Assembly: GCA_037441385.1 (NCBI GenBank)
Contig: JBBISH010000002.1
Span: 96,001-160,000 of the forward strand
Length of the DNA stretch: 64,000 nucleotides
Reading direction: 5' to 3'
Source of the DNA: Myxococcales bacterium
GTDB lineage: Bacteria > Myxococcota_A > UBA9042
Under the pieces are notes generated by a model. It worked only from the letters and a program-made list of their open reading frames with translations. It was not told the origin of the DNA and did not search any database. Of this stretch, positions 46,759 to 56,763 are shown in pieces; within the stretch, counting starts at the first letter, position 1; each line of letters starts with the position of its first letter. A program made the position numbers and the translations under genes.

Positions 46759-49611
46759 TCAGGGCTGCTGGCTAGGGTCCACCGACGGGGCCCGCTGGTG
46801 CACGTCGACGGGCGCGGTATCGGTGCCCAGCGTCGGGTCGCCTTCGTGGCCAAGTCCTGGATCGGCGGGCTCCTCGCTGCCGTCTGGCGCGCCGCCAAAG
46901 ACGACGCTGCAGTCGCCCAGGCGCGCGCGTTCTTCCGCCGTGATCTTCTCGCGTTTCAGCATCACGTCGGCCACCCAGCACAACATGGCGCGGTGGTTGT
47001 CGCTGGCTTTGCCGGCCAGGAACTCGCCGTAATGGCCGGGCGGGCTGGGGATGATCGAGCCCAGCCACAGCGCCTGCAGCAGCGTCAGATCGGCCGGCGC
47101 GCGGTTGAAGTAGTGCCACGATGCGGCGCCAATGCCATAGATTTCACCGGGTCCCAGCTCGATGATGTTCAGGTACAGCTCCATCATCTGCTGCTTGGTC
47201 AGCGTGCGCTCGATCTGCCAAGTGATGACGGCCTCTTGGATCTTGCGCGAGATGGTCTTTTCGCGCTCCATGAAGAACAGATTCTTGACCAGTTGCTGCG
47301 TGATCGTCGATGCGCCGCGCACGAAGCGCCCCTTCTTCAGGTTGGCGATGGCGGCAGACTTGATGGCGTCGACCAAGAAGCCGCGGTGGCCAAAGAAGCC
47401 GCCGTCCTCGGTCGTGGTGATGACTTTGATGAAGTTGGGCGTGACCAACTCGAGCGGCACCCAGTTGGAGCTGCCGGGGCCGGTCTCGAAGCGAATGACG
47501 TCGAACTTGGGCTCCCCCGGCGCGGGATGGCGGCGGTAGCGCACGGCCTCGTGCACAAAGGGCGCGGCGAACTTGCCAAAGTCGACCTTGTCGCCCAGCG
47601 TGACGATCTTCACTTCGCCCAGCAGCGGCCGGAAATCGAACTCCAGGCTGTTCATGTCGGCCGTGTCCAGCGAGCCGCGCACCTCGTACGACAGACGGCC
47701 TTCGCAGCGCATCCCGGCCAGCGTGTCGGCAAAGCCCGCAGGCACCGACTGCACGACGTCCTGGCAAGCCACCGTCGGCACCGCCACGTGCACTTTGAAC
47801 AGCGGCGCCGTGCGGAACCGGTCGATCGATCCGGCCAGTTCCACGCCGACCTTGCCGATCTCCAGGTGTCCCTGCTGCAGTTCGATGCGCTGGCTGTTCA
47901 GGTCCACGTCCAACTTGCCGCGGGCGGTGGCGGTGACGTGCTGGACCGTCAGCTTGGACAGGCGCGGCGACTCGATATCCACGTCGGCCAGCGTGCCCAC
48001 GCCCTCCAGTGTCATCTTGCCCGCCGGCGCGTTGACCAGCAGCGACAGGTTCAGGCCGCGCAGCGCCGACGGCGGCCCAGCGAGCAGCGCCCGCGGCAAC
48101 AGCGCGGCGTAAGGCTGCAGGGGCAGGTCGTCCAGCTGGACCTTGACCTCGCCCTCGCCGGTGCGCACATCGAAGCGACCCGAAGCATGATTGGTGGCCT
48201 GACGACCCGCGACGTTGAACGACATTTGCAGCGCGACCACGCCATCGCCGGGCTTGCGCTCGATGGTGGCCGAGAAGTCCGAGACTTCGCGCGCCGCACC
48301 GCGGTTTTGATCGTCGTAGCGGGCCGAACCGTGCTCGATGACCACGGCCGGCACCGGCACGCTGCCCAGGCCCGTGCGCAGGCGCGCCACTTCGCCCTGC
48401 AGGCGGTCGGCCGTCTTGCTGAACAGGCCGGTCAGGAAGGTGCGCACCACTTCGCCGTCGGGCTGGTCGGGCTTTTTGGGGTCGGGCGGCGGCAGCGGCT
48501 TGCCCTTCTGCTTCTTGCCGGCGGCTACGGGCTTCTCGGGCACGGGTTCCACTTTGGCGACCGGCGCGTCGTCGTCGTCGTCGCCGTCCGTGTTCAGCTG
48601 CGCGGGGCGCGGCCGCTGCACCACGATGACGGGCTCGCGCACCACCACCTGCTTGACGTGCAACAGGGCCTGACGAGCCGCGGCCGGCAGCTTGGCGGTC
48701 AACTGCTCGGGCAAGTCCAGGGGCGGGCCGGGTTCTTTGCTAAAGGTCGCGGCTACTTCGCGCACGTCCAGGCCATAACGGCTGCCGCTGCCGCCCTTGA
48801 CCACCCGCACGTGGCCCAGGGCCAACTCGCCGCTGCTGCGCGCGGTCAATTCGCCCAGCTGGACGCTCAGGTCCCCCACGGTCAGCGACACATCGCCGGG
48901 CAGCCGTACGCTCAGTTCGCCCTGCTTTTCGGGCCAATCCAGCTGGGCATCCAGCCGCAACGGCTGAGCAAGTCCCTGCACACGCAGCGACGATTGGAGC
49001 TTGAGCTTGACTTTCTCTTGCACCGGCGAGCGGTTGTCCACATCGGCCGCACCGGCGTGGAGCCGCAAGTGGCGAGCGTCCAGGCCCGCCAGTTGCAGGG
49101 GGCCACCGCTCTCGTCGTCGATCGCGACGGTCAGACCGCGCACCTGGGTGGCCGGGACCGCGCGGCTCAGGTACTTGCGCCAGCCGCTGACCTCGCCGCT
49201 GTCCTTCTTTTCCTTGGTCAGTTGGGCGATGACGGCCTGTAGGTTGTGCTGCCCGGCGGCGTTGCGGCGCACCTGCAGCGCCGGCCGCACCACCAAGATA
49301 TTCTGCAAGTACAGACGGGGGTTGAATAACCCGTCGATCTCGTAGTCCACGTCGATGCGCTCGACGCGGGCCAGCGGCGGCTCGGGCAGCCCGGCGTCGC
49401 GAACAACCACGTCGCGCAACACAACTCGTTGAGTAGGATCCACGTAGACGGCGCCAAGCTCGAGCTGCAGTCCACGTTTCTTGGCCGTTTCGACCAGCTT
49501 GCTGCGCACCGCGTCGGCCATCCAGCGGGGGGCCGCGGTGTAGGCTAGGCCAGCCAGGAACGCCAGCACCCCGACTGCCAGAGGCAGCACTATGCGAAGT
49601 GCGCGCGCCAT
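46759..49611 (-). CDS. Large monofunctional peptidoglycan transglycosylase (GT51) with AsmA-like N-terminal region
   Basis: EDGGFFGHRG, GASTITQQLVKN, RKIQE and YLNIIELG near the C-terminus; no transpeptidase domain follows. Confidence 0.88.
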   Translation of the reverse strand: MARALRIVLPLAVGVLAFLAGLAYTAAPRWMADAVRSKLVETAKKRGLQLELGAVYVDPTQRVVLRDVVVRDAGLPEPPLARVERIDVDYEIDGLFNPRLYLQNILVVRPALQVRRNAAGQHNLQAVIAQLTKEKKDSGEVSGWRKYLSRAVPATQVRGLTVAIDDESGGPLQLAGLDARHLRLHAGAADVDNRSPVQEKVKLKLQSSLRVQGLAQPLRLDAQLDWPEKQGELSVRLPGDVSLTVGDLSVQLGELTARSSGELALGHVRVVKGGSGSRYGLDVREVAATFSKEPGPPLDLPEQLTAKLPAAARQALLHVKQVVVREPVIVVQRPRPAQLNTDGDDDDDAPVAKVEPVPEKPVAAGKKQKGKPLPPPDPKKPDQPDGEVVRTFLTGLFSKTADRLQGEVARLRTGLGSVPVPAVVIEHGSARYDDQNRGAAREVSDFSATIERKPGDGVVALQMSFNVAGRQATNHASGRFDVRTGEGEVKVQLDDLPLQPYAALLPRALLAGPPSALRGLNLSLLVNAPAGKMTLEGVGTLADVDIESPRLSKLTVQHVTATARGKLDVDLNSQRIELQQGHLEIGKVGVELAGSIDRFRTAPLFKVHVAVPTVACQDVVQSVPAGFADTLAGMRCEGRLSYEVRGSLDTADMNSLEFDFRPLLGEVKIVTLGDKVDFGKFAAPFVHEAVRYRRHPAPGEPKFDVIRFETGPGSSNWVPLELVTPNFIKVITTTEDGGFFGHRGFLVDAIKSAAIANLKKGRFVRGASTITQQLVKNLFFMEREKTISRKIQEAVITWQIERTLTKQQMMELYLNIIELGPGEIYGIGAASWHYFNRAPADLTLLQALWLGSIIPSPPGHYGEFLAGKASDNHRAMLCWVADVMLKREKITAEERARLGDCSVVFGGAPDGSEEPADPGLGHEGDPTLGTDTAPVDVHQRAPSVDPSQQP

Positions 49612-49625
49612 CTAGAGAAAATCGC

Positions 49626-50138
49626 TCACTTGCCGCCGAACGACTTGGAGCCGGCGCTGGCCGAGATGGCGTAGATGAAGCCACCGGCCACCGCCACGCC
49701 CGCGGCGATGAGCGTGACGGTCTTGCCGGTCGAGAGGAGGTCGACTTCGTACGCCTTGATGTTGGCCAGCGGCAGCAGTGTGTCGCGGTCCGACGCCACC
49801 AACTGGCTGGAATACATCGAGAAGTTGAACGGCGTCAGCTGGTAGCGCCGGCCGCCGTCGCTGGCGACGTACAGGCGCGTGTCGCGGCCCACCGCCACCT
49901 TGTCGTTCTTGACGCTCTGCACCACCACGGCGTCGTTTTCGCCGCGGTTCATCAGCTTGGTCAGATCGTCGGGGTTGTCTTTGTACTGCTCTTGCAGCTT
50001 GCCGTCGTTCTCGAGTGCGGCCACCGACTGCAGGCGGCGGAATTCGTCTTGCGGCACCTGGTAGGTGTTGTAGCAGCCGGTCATCGCCAGGCCCGTGGCG
50101 CAGAGCGTGACGATGGCAGGAAGGCGAAGGTTCTTCAT
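49626..50138 (-). CDS. Hypothetical lipoprotein with C-terminal hydrophobic helix
   Basis: MKNLRLP start with GAGG RBS; lipobox MTGC. Confidence 0.8.
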   Translation of the reverse strand: MKNLRLPAIVTLCATGLAMTGCYNTYQVPQDEFRRLQSVAALENDGKLQEQYKDNPDDLTKLMNRGENDAVVVQSVKNDKVAVGRDTRLYVASDGGRRYQLTPFNFSMYSSQLVASDRDTLLPLANIKAYEVDLLSTGKTVTLIAAGVAVAGGFIYAISASAGSKSFGGK

Positions 50139-50181
50139 GGGTTCCTCGTTGGAGCGAGCGGCGTGGGCGATCACGGGAAGA

Positions 50182-50925
50182 TCAGGCGCGCTTGGCACCC
50201 ATGTGCTGCCAAATCGCGTTCAGGTCGGTCTGCAGCAGATAGAACGTGAGCAGGCCGCCCGTGCACAGCTGGCCAACCAAGTAGATCACGGCGCGGTCGG
50301 GCACGTTGGCACCCACGGCCTGGGCCATTTCGCTCACGTTCTTGAAGAACTTCCACATCACGATGATGCCCCAGACCGGGATGAGCAAGTGCCACCAGGT
50401 AAAGCGCTTCTCGCCCCAGAAGTTGTTGGCCTCGTCGTAGGTCTTGATCAGCCACAGGATGGCAAACACAAAGCAGATCACGTTCTTGAGCGTGGTCATG
50501 GTTGGGTCTTCAATCTTGCCAGCGGTGCGGCTGGGGCCGCGCGACGACGAAGCGCCGCGCGCCATCGGCGCCTCTTGACGCGGCTCGGGCATGCGGGGAG
50601 CTGGCTCCGAGACCCGTTGCGCCGGCCGGGCAGCGGGCTGGACGGGCGCGGGCTCGGGCTTGGGAGCCGCCGCCGCACCGCCACCTTGATTGCCGTCGAA
50701 CATCGCCAGCATCTCGGGCGTCAGGTCCATCGCCACCGTGGCTTCGTTCTCGCCGATGTTCCAGGCGTCCTTCATCTCGGCGATCTGCGCGGCGCCCACC
50801 CACTGTTTGATGCGCTCGTCGTAGACGTACTCGTCCTGGGCCAAATCACCCTTCTTGGCCATGTCACGCAACTTGGCCAGATCGCAGGGGATGTACTGAC
50901 CATTCTTATGAAGCTGAAAAGACAT
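50182..50925 (-). CDS. GYF_2-like domain plus DUF4234-like membrane domain protein
   Basis: NGQYIP..LAKLRDMAKKGDL...YVYDERIKQW; Pro-rich linker; three TMs ending LQTDLNAIW. Confidence 0.7.
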   Translation of the reverse strand: MSFQLHKNGQYIPCDLAKLRDMAKKGDLAQDEYVYDERIKQWVGAAQIAEMKDAWNIGENEATVAMDLTPEMLAMFDGNQGGGAAAAPKPEPAPVQPAARPAQRVSEPAPRMPEPRQEAPMARGASSSRGPSRTAGKIEDPTMTTLKNVICFVFAILWLIKTYDEANNFWGEKRFTWWHLLIPVWGIIVMWKFFKNVSEMAQAVGANVPDRAVIYLVGQLCTGGLLTFYLLQTDLNAIWQHMGAKRA

Positions 50926-50947
50926 CGTCGGCTCCAGTTGTTTCACC

Positions 50948-51010
50948 TATCGGTGCAGATTGGGTATCGGTGCGAATAGGGTGTCGGTGCGAATAGGGTG
51001 TCGGTGCAAG
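50948..51010. repeat. 17-bp tandem repeat, about 3.6 copies
   Basis: TATCGGTGCAGATTGGG / TATCGGTGCGAATAGGG / TGTCGGTGCGAATAGGG / TGTCGGTGCAAG. Confidence 0.9.
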
Positions 51011-51160
51011 TCGAGGATCGCTGCGAAAAGGGGGCTCTTCCAAAGGCGTTTCGTGGGTGTGGCCGGCATCGGCGGCCGGCCTGTCTCCCGACCGGCGATT
51101 GTCCAAGGACGACCGGGAGTCGTCAAGGCAGAGTCGACCGGTGGCGGGCACGCCCGCGAC

Positions 51161-51682
51161 CTAGCCGTCCAGGCCTTTGAGGCGCTTCAGGTCGGCCATC
51201 ACCTTCTGGTACTCGATGTCGTACCCCTGAGTGCCCTCTTGCATGTTCTTGATGCGCTTGCGGACTTCCTGGTCCAGATCGTCGTCGACGTGGGTGTGGC
51301 GGTTGAGCACGTCGCGCAGGGTCTTGCGCAGGGTGTGGTCTTCCGCGAACACCTCTTCCACGTGGCGGCTGTGGAACAGGGCTTCGATGATCTGCTTGGT
51401 CAAGTAGTCGACCGCGCGGTCGCCGACGCCGAAATTGCGCTCTTCGGCGATTTTCTGCTTGATCTTATTGAGTTGAATGAACTCGATGCCGTCACGCGAG
51501 ATGCGCTCGCGGGCTTTGTCGGTGATTTCGCGATCCGCGCGAATGTACTCGCGCAGCACGCTTTCGATGTCGAGAACGACTTCGCCAACGAGCTCAGCGT
51601 CGACTTCGATGTCTTGGTTGGCAACGAGCACCGCGACCATGTCTTGTGCGATGTTCGAAACCTTGCCTGGATACAACCTCAT
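51161..51682 (-). CDS. DUF507 family protein
   Basis: MRLYPGKV, LDIESVLREY, VEEVFAED, LDQEVRKRIKN and EYQKV segments. Confidence 0.85.
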   Translation of the reverse strand: MRLYPGKVSNIAQDMVAVLVANQDIEVDAELVGEVVLDIESVLREYIRADREITDKARERISRDGIEFIQLNKIKQKIAEERNFGVGDRAVDYLTKQIIEALFHSRHVEEVFAEDHTLRKTLRDVLNRHTHVDDDLDQEVRKRIKNMQEGTQGYDIEYQKVMADLKRLKGLDG

Positions 51683-51864
51683 GAGGGCCTCTTGGCGTGC
51701 CGCAGGAGCGGGAATTCGCGTGCGGACCGGGCGCGCGCGATCCCGGCCGCTCGACGCCAGGCCCGTAGTAGACGCGAGGGTTTAGCACATCTGGGCCATC
51801 GGCCACAAGCGCAGCGTGCGGTTTTTTCGGTCGAGCGGGGCAATTGGTGCTGCGGCACGGGTGA

Positions 51865-54714
51865 CTACAGCTGGTCAACGGTCCAGGGCGCCTCCAGCTC
51901 GTGCAACTGCGCGGAGAACGAGGCAAATTTGGCATCCACTTCGGAATTGTGGATCGCCGCCAGCACCTTGATGCGCTTCTTGCCGTGGTTCTCGCTGCGC
52001 GCCACGACAAACCCTTGCTCGCGGAAAATCTGCAGCGCGTTGGTCAAGTTGACCTTGCTGATGGCCTCGTAGCACTCGACGTGCCCCAGGTCGAAGGCCT
52101 TCTGCGCGTCGATCTGCACGCGGTCCAAGAAGGCTGTCTCGGGCAGTGGCCCGCCCTCTAGGTGGCGGAGCGAGCGCGCCATCAGCGCGTACGACTCGAT
52201 AAAGCTTTGCAGTAGGCGCGCATACAGTCGCAGGGCACCGCGCACCAGGCTCGCCACCACCAGGTTGCCGTCGCCGCGGCGGATCAGCCAACCGGCGGCC
52301 ACAAAGTCGTCCAAGGTCCGCGTGTACAGGTCTTCAAAGCTTTGACCCGGCTCGTAGACGAATTCGAATTTCAGCAGGCGCGACAAGAACTTGGTCAGCG
52401 ACGCCAGCATGTCCGGCGGAATCTCGTTGCCGCCTTGCAGCTTGGCCACCGTGGCGCAGGCCAGCAAGGCTTCGGGCACCAGGAGGTGCAACATGTTGTT
52501 CTTGTAGTAGTCCAGGTGCATGCGCCCTTCGGAGCGGACGATGTACACGGCCTCGCCGCCAAAGTCGCGGCGCAAGATCCAGCGCGCCCCCTCGAACAAA
52601 TCCAAGGCCTTGCCCACAATGGGCGCCACGGCCGCACCCAGCACACGCGCGCGCTCGCTCTGGACGCCAAAGGGATCAGGGGCGCCCTCGGCCTCTAGGT
52701 AGCGGGCCTGATCGCGGGTCTCGGCCTCCAAGATCGCCTGGCGCCGGACCTGCACGGCGGTCACCAAGGGCTCGGACAAGACGGCGCCGCGACGCATGGC
52801 CAGGTCGAGTAAGTAGCCAACCCGCAACAACAAATCTTGGTGCAGGATGCCTTTGTGGGCCTTGGTCAGCAGCACCGCGGCGGTCAGCGCGGTCGGAGTC
52901 AACACCGCGGCCTGGTTGATGCGGCCCAGGATGCGGTAGCCGCACACTTTCAGAGCGCGTTCAAAGGCCTTGGGATCGCGCTCGTCCGCTGGCGCCAGCG
53001 CGCCGTGCTCGTCCAGCAGGTCGCGGACCGACATCGGTTCGCCAAACTGGATGCGGATGCGCCCGTACTTGTGGACCAGCACGCTGGTGGCCTTGAGCAC
53101 CTCGACCGGAGATTCAGCCTTTTTTTCGCCGCCTTCTAGCTCCTTGCGGTAGGACTTCTCTTCGATCAGGCGCTCGTAGCCAAAATTGGTGGGGACCAGC
53201 ACGACGTCGTCGCGCAGCCCATCGGCCACCGTCTCGAGCACGTGCTTGATGAGCCCGAACTTGGGCGGCAGCAGCTTGCCGGTGCGCGAGCGCCCGCCTT
53301 CGGGGAAGAACTCGATCCAGTGGCCGTCGGCGAGCAGCTTGCGAAAATAGTGTCGAAATACGGCGCCATAGATCGGCTGCCCCTGAAACGACCGCCGCAG
53401 GAAGAAGGCACCGGCATGGCGAAACAACGGCCCCAGCGGAAAGAACGACAGGTTGGCACCGGCGGCAATGTGCGGTGGGATCAGGCCGTGGCGATAAAAG
53501 ACATACGAAATCACGAGATAGTCGATGTGCGACTTGTGGCTCGGCACCATCACCACCGGCGCCGTGCGGCCGGCTTGGCGGACCCGCTCCAGCCCCTCTT
53601 CGTCGACTTCCAGGCCTTCGTAGATGCGCGCCCACAAAAAGGTCAGCATGAACGAGAAGGCCGCGACCATGCCCATGCGATAGCGGGCGGCGATCTCGTT
53701 CAGGTTTTGGTCGGCCTCGCGCAAGACGCTCTCTAGCGGTCGCCCCAGTTCGGTGGCGATGCGCTGCAGATCTTCGCGCACCGCTGGGTCGGCCAAGATC
53801 TCGGCGCGCAACTCGTCGGGCTGCTTGATGGGCGCCCCACGGACCACGCGGTCTTCTTGCTGCAGGGCCGCGACGATGCACAGCCGGAGTTGCTCGCTCA
53901 GCACCGTGTCGTCGCTGACTTCGGCGTGTTCATCCATAAAAGCGCGCAGGTTGATGGCATCCGCCATGCGCACGTGCGCGCGGCGGTGATTCAGAACAAA
54001 GCTCACCAACTTGCGAATTCGGCCCGGCGCGGTGAAGTCGCCAAAGAACTCGTCCAGGATCGACGACTTGGCCCGATCCGGATCGCGTTCCCACACCAGC
54101 ACCTGCGGCACGATCAGCAGCGGGTAGTCCAGCTCACGTTGGGTGGCGATCAACTCGCGCAAATAGGGCAATTGCGGCCGCGGCGTCAGCAAGTCCAGCA
54201 GCGAAAAGCCGCGCCGCAAGAACAACGTCACTGGCTCGCGCCGCCGGAGTAGACCGCGCAGCAGTTGATCCTCGGGCAGCTGCGGTTGGCGCAGCACGCG
54301 CCGGCGGAACCAACCCACCAGGGCCCGTCGCCATGGCTGCGTCCAGGTCAGCGACACACCGTTGGCAAACCGGGAGAGCGGAAGTTTCTCGCGCAAATAG
54401 AGCCAGTTGAAGTACAGATAGTCGAGCAGGCTGATGGTGCCCATCACCACCACCAGCGCTCCTTCGCGCGACAAGGCCTGCCAGTCGCTGCTGTAGCGCG
54501 CAGGTACCCGCACAGGCGCAAAAAACACGCGGGCAAACCAACGGGCCAGCCAACCCAGTTGTGGCTGCATCGCCGATGGGTGCACAAGATCGCGGGGTTG
54601 CAGCTGGTCAGCCGCGGGCTGGATCGGCACGCCCACGGGCGTCATGGCGGCGCGCGGGCCGGGAGCGGGCACGGCAACCGGATCCTGGGGTTGGTGGGGC
54701 GGCACGTCGGACAT
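51865..54714 (-). CDS. plsB: Glycerol-3-phosphate acyltransferase PlsB-like
   Basis: PSHKSHIDY (HxxxxD), IAAGANL, GAFFLRRSF and FFPEGGRSRTGK motifs; start MSDVPP. Confidence 0.9.
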   Translation of the reverse strand: MSDVPPHQPQDPVAVPAPGPRAAMTPVGVPIQPAADQLQPRDLVHPSAMQPQLGWLARWFARVFFAPVRVPARYSSDWQALSREGALVVVMGTISLLDYLYFNWLYLREKLPLSRFANGVSLTWTQPWRRALVGWFRRRVLRQPQLPEDQLLRGLLRRREPVTLFLRRGFSLLDLLTPRPQLPYLRELIATQRELDYPLLIVPQVLVWERDPDRAKSSILDEFFGDFTAPGRIRKLVSFVLNHRRAHVRMADAINLRAFMDEHAEVSDDTVLSEQLRLCIVAALQQEDRVVRGAPIKQPDELRAEILADPAVREDLQRIATELGRPLESVLREADQNLNEIAARYRMGMVAAFSFMLTFLWARIYEGLEVDEEGLERVRQAGRTAPVVMVPSHKSHIDYLVISYVFYRHGLIPPHIAAGANLSFFPLGPLFRHAGAFFLRRSFQGQPIYGAVFRHYFRKLLADGHWIEFFPEGGRSRTGKLLPPKFGLIKHVLETVADGLRDDVVLVPTNFGYERLIEEKSYRKELEGGEKKAESPVEVLKATSVLVHKYGRIRIQFGEPMSVRDLLDEHGALAPADERDPKAFERALKVCGYRILGRINQAAVLTPTALTAAVLLTKAHKGILHQDLLLRVGYLLDLAMRRGAVLSEPLVTAVQVRRQAILEAETRDQARYLEAEGAPDPFGVQSERARVLGAAVAPIVGKALDLFEGARWILRRDFGGEAVYIVRSEGRMHLDYYKNNMLHLLVPEALLACATVAKLQGGNEIPPDMLASLTKFLSRLLKFEFVYEPGQSFEDLYTRTLDDFVAAGWLIRRGDGNLVVASLVRGALRLYARLLQSFIESYALMARSLRHLEGGPLPETAFLDRVQIDAQKAFDLGHVECYEAISKVNLTNALQIFREQGFVVARSENHGKKRIKVLAAIHNSEVDAKFASFSAQLHELEAPWTVDQL

Positions 54715-54813
54715 GGCCCGATCTTGAGCCGAACGCACTGCCCGTGCAAGCGCGTGCAATTTCCCCTGCCCCTGCGCTACAACACGCTCCGGCAACCGCC
54801 GCGGCGGGGAGCG

Positions 54814-55695
54814 ATGCTGCGGGCGAGCGATCACTACCAAGAACTGCGCATGGGTCGCCGCGGGTTGTGGCTGGCGGGCATCTCGCTGGACGGCGACGTG
54901 CGCCGCGGCGTGGGCGTGGCGTGCGACGAGCGGCGCGCGCTGCGTTCGCATAGCAACCTTCTGTGTAGCCAAGAGCTTGCGCTATGTCTGGGTTTGCGTC
55001 GCGGCCTTTTCGTGCCGTGGCAGCAGACGCTGATCTTGGGCAAGCTCGCGGTGGCGCTCAGTCCGGCGGGCGCGGGTCCGGGATCGGCACTCGCTCGACT
55101 GCACGCGGGCGGCACGGATTGGCTCGACGCTAGGGCCGTATGTCTGGATGACTTCTTGGGGTTTGCGCCGGCCGCCGTGCCCGAAGCCGCGGTGGTGGTC
55201 CTGGATGGTCGGCGGGCTGGCGAGGCGTGGGCCAGCGCGGCGCAGCTGCACCAGTGGGTCGCCGGGTTGCCGGACGGGGCACGTCTGGCGCTGGACGACG
55301 CACTTTTGGCTTGGGCGGCGGCCAATGCTCTGCAAGCGGCGGGCCGAGCCTGGCGGACCACTCCCACGTTGCGGCGCGCTTGGCGCGGACGGTTGGGCGC
55401 GCGGGCGGCCCTGCCCAGCCACCGCCAGGCAACGCTGACCCTGGGCCTTGCCCACGAAGCCAGGATGGATCCAGACTATTTTGCCGGCGACCCCCTCGAT
55501 GCGCCGGCCGGCGTGCGGCACACGCTGGCGGTGACTCGGCGGCTGCACGGCGACCAGGCCCGCGCGGTGGTTCAAGCGAGCGGCGCACGCGTAGTGGTGG
55601 CCGTGGGCGGCAACGGCGAGGCACTGGCCCAGCAACTACCTGAACAGCAAGTGATTGTTCTGCGCCCGCTGGCCCAGCCGCTGCTTGTCGACTAG
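54814..55695 (+). CDS. Degenerate MBL-fold/beta-CASP exonuclease-like protein
   Basis: LSPAGAGPGSA resembles PAGHxLGSA; C-terminal VQASGARVVVAVGGNGEALA; metal-binding His residues absent. Confidence 0.55.
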   Translation: MLRASDHYQELRMGRRGLWLAGISLDGDVRRGVGVACDERRALRSHSNLLCSQELALCLGLRRGLFVPWQQTLILGKLAVALSPAGAGPGSALARLHAGGTDWLDARAVCLDDFLGFAPAAVPEAAVVVLDGRRAGEAWASAAQLHQWVAGLPDGARLALDDALLAWAAANALQAAGRAWRTTPTLRRAWRGRLGARAALPSHRQATLTLGLAHEARMDPDYFAGDPLDAPAGVRHTLAVTRRLHGDQARAVVQASGARVVVAVGGNGEALAQQLPEQQVIVLRPLAQPLLVD

Positions 55696-55722
55696 CGGCG
55701 GCCCCGCACCAAGGAGAAAGCG

Positions 55723-56763
55723 ATGACGAGTCCGATGATCGGCGTGGTGACCAACCCCAACTCGCGCAAGAATCGCCTGAACCCGGGTCGCTACGAGCAA
55801 ATGCGCGAGACGGTGGGGCCGCTGGGGCTGGTGCGCCGCACCCAAGACGTCACGTCGATCGCCGAGGTTGTCCGCGAGTTCCTGGACGTGGGCGTGCGCT
55901 ACTTTGTGGCCGATGGCGGCGACGGCGCCTTCCACTGGTTGATGAATGTCGTCAGGGAGGTCCTCGCCGAGCGACCGGGCACAACCTGGCCGGCGATTCT
56001 GCCGACCAACGCCGGTACCATTGACTTCATCGGTCGCAAGGCCGGCGTGGTGGGCCATTGCGACACCCTGTTGCCGGCGTTGGTGCGGCGCATCCGCCAG
56101 GGCGACCTGCCCAGTACCGTGGATCTGACCACCTGTCACCTGCGCGGCGTGTACGGCCCCGACGCGGATCGACCCGGTAAACCGTTTGAGAAGCTGGGGT
56201 TTGCTTGCGCCCTGGCCGGAGTGGCACAGCGGTTTTTCGACAAGTTCTACGCTGGCGATCAGCAGGACGCCGCCGGCATCGCCATGTTGGTGGGCAAGAT
56301 CATCCTGTCGCAGGCGACCCGGGCGGTGCCCCTGAAATGGCTGCCCATTCCTGTGGAATTTCGCTATTTTGCCGAGCCCGTCTTCGATCCGCTACCCGCA
56401 AAGGTGTGGCTCGACGGCGAGTTGTTGCCAATTCCGCTGTATCGGGACCTGGACGTGGGCTCGATCGACATCAACTTGGCCAACGTTTTCCGCTGTTTCC
56501 CCTACGCGGCTGAGGGCCGGTTGCTCCACGTCCAATGTGGCGACATCAGCGCCCCCGAGATCGTGCGCAACTTGCCGCGGGTGTTTGCCGGCAAGACCAT
56601 GGAAGTCGAAGGGTTCGTGCAGCAGCGCGCCCAGTCGCTCAAGGTCGTGCCGCTGCAGGGCCGCGCGCTGGACCCGGTGATCGACGGCGAACTGTTCTGG
56701 GGCCTGACCGAGCTGGAAGTCACCGTTGGGCCACAGGTTCCCGTGGTGCAGCTGGTCGCCTGA
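55723..56763 (+). CDS. Diacylglycerol kinase family protein
   Basis: VTNPNS, GGDG, PTNAGT and IDGEL motifs; AAGGAG RBS. Confidence 0.85.
   Translation: MTSPMIGVVTNPNSRKNRLNPGRYEQMRETVGPLGLVRRTQDVTSIAEVVREFLDVGVRYFVADGGDGAFHWLMNVVREVLAERPGTTWPAILPTNAGTIDFIGRKAGVVGHCDTLLPALVRRIRQGDLPSTVDLTTCHLRGVYGPDADRPGKPFEKLGFACALAGVAQRFFDKFYAGDQQDAAGIAMLVGKIILSQATRAVPLKWLPIPVEFRYFAEPVFDPLPAKVWLDGELLPIPLYRDLDVGSIDINLANVFRCFPYAAEGRLLHVQCGDISAPEIVRNLPRVFAGKTMEVEGFVQQRAQSLKVVPLQGRALDPVIDGELFWGLTELEVTVGPQVPVVQLVA

Noticed and set aside
50948..51010. Possible mini-CRISPR array (also the repeats at 32112 and 41036)
   Set aside because: The repeats are contiguous with no unique spacers, are too short, and no cas genes are present.
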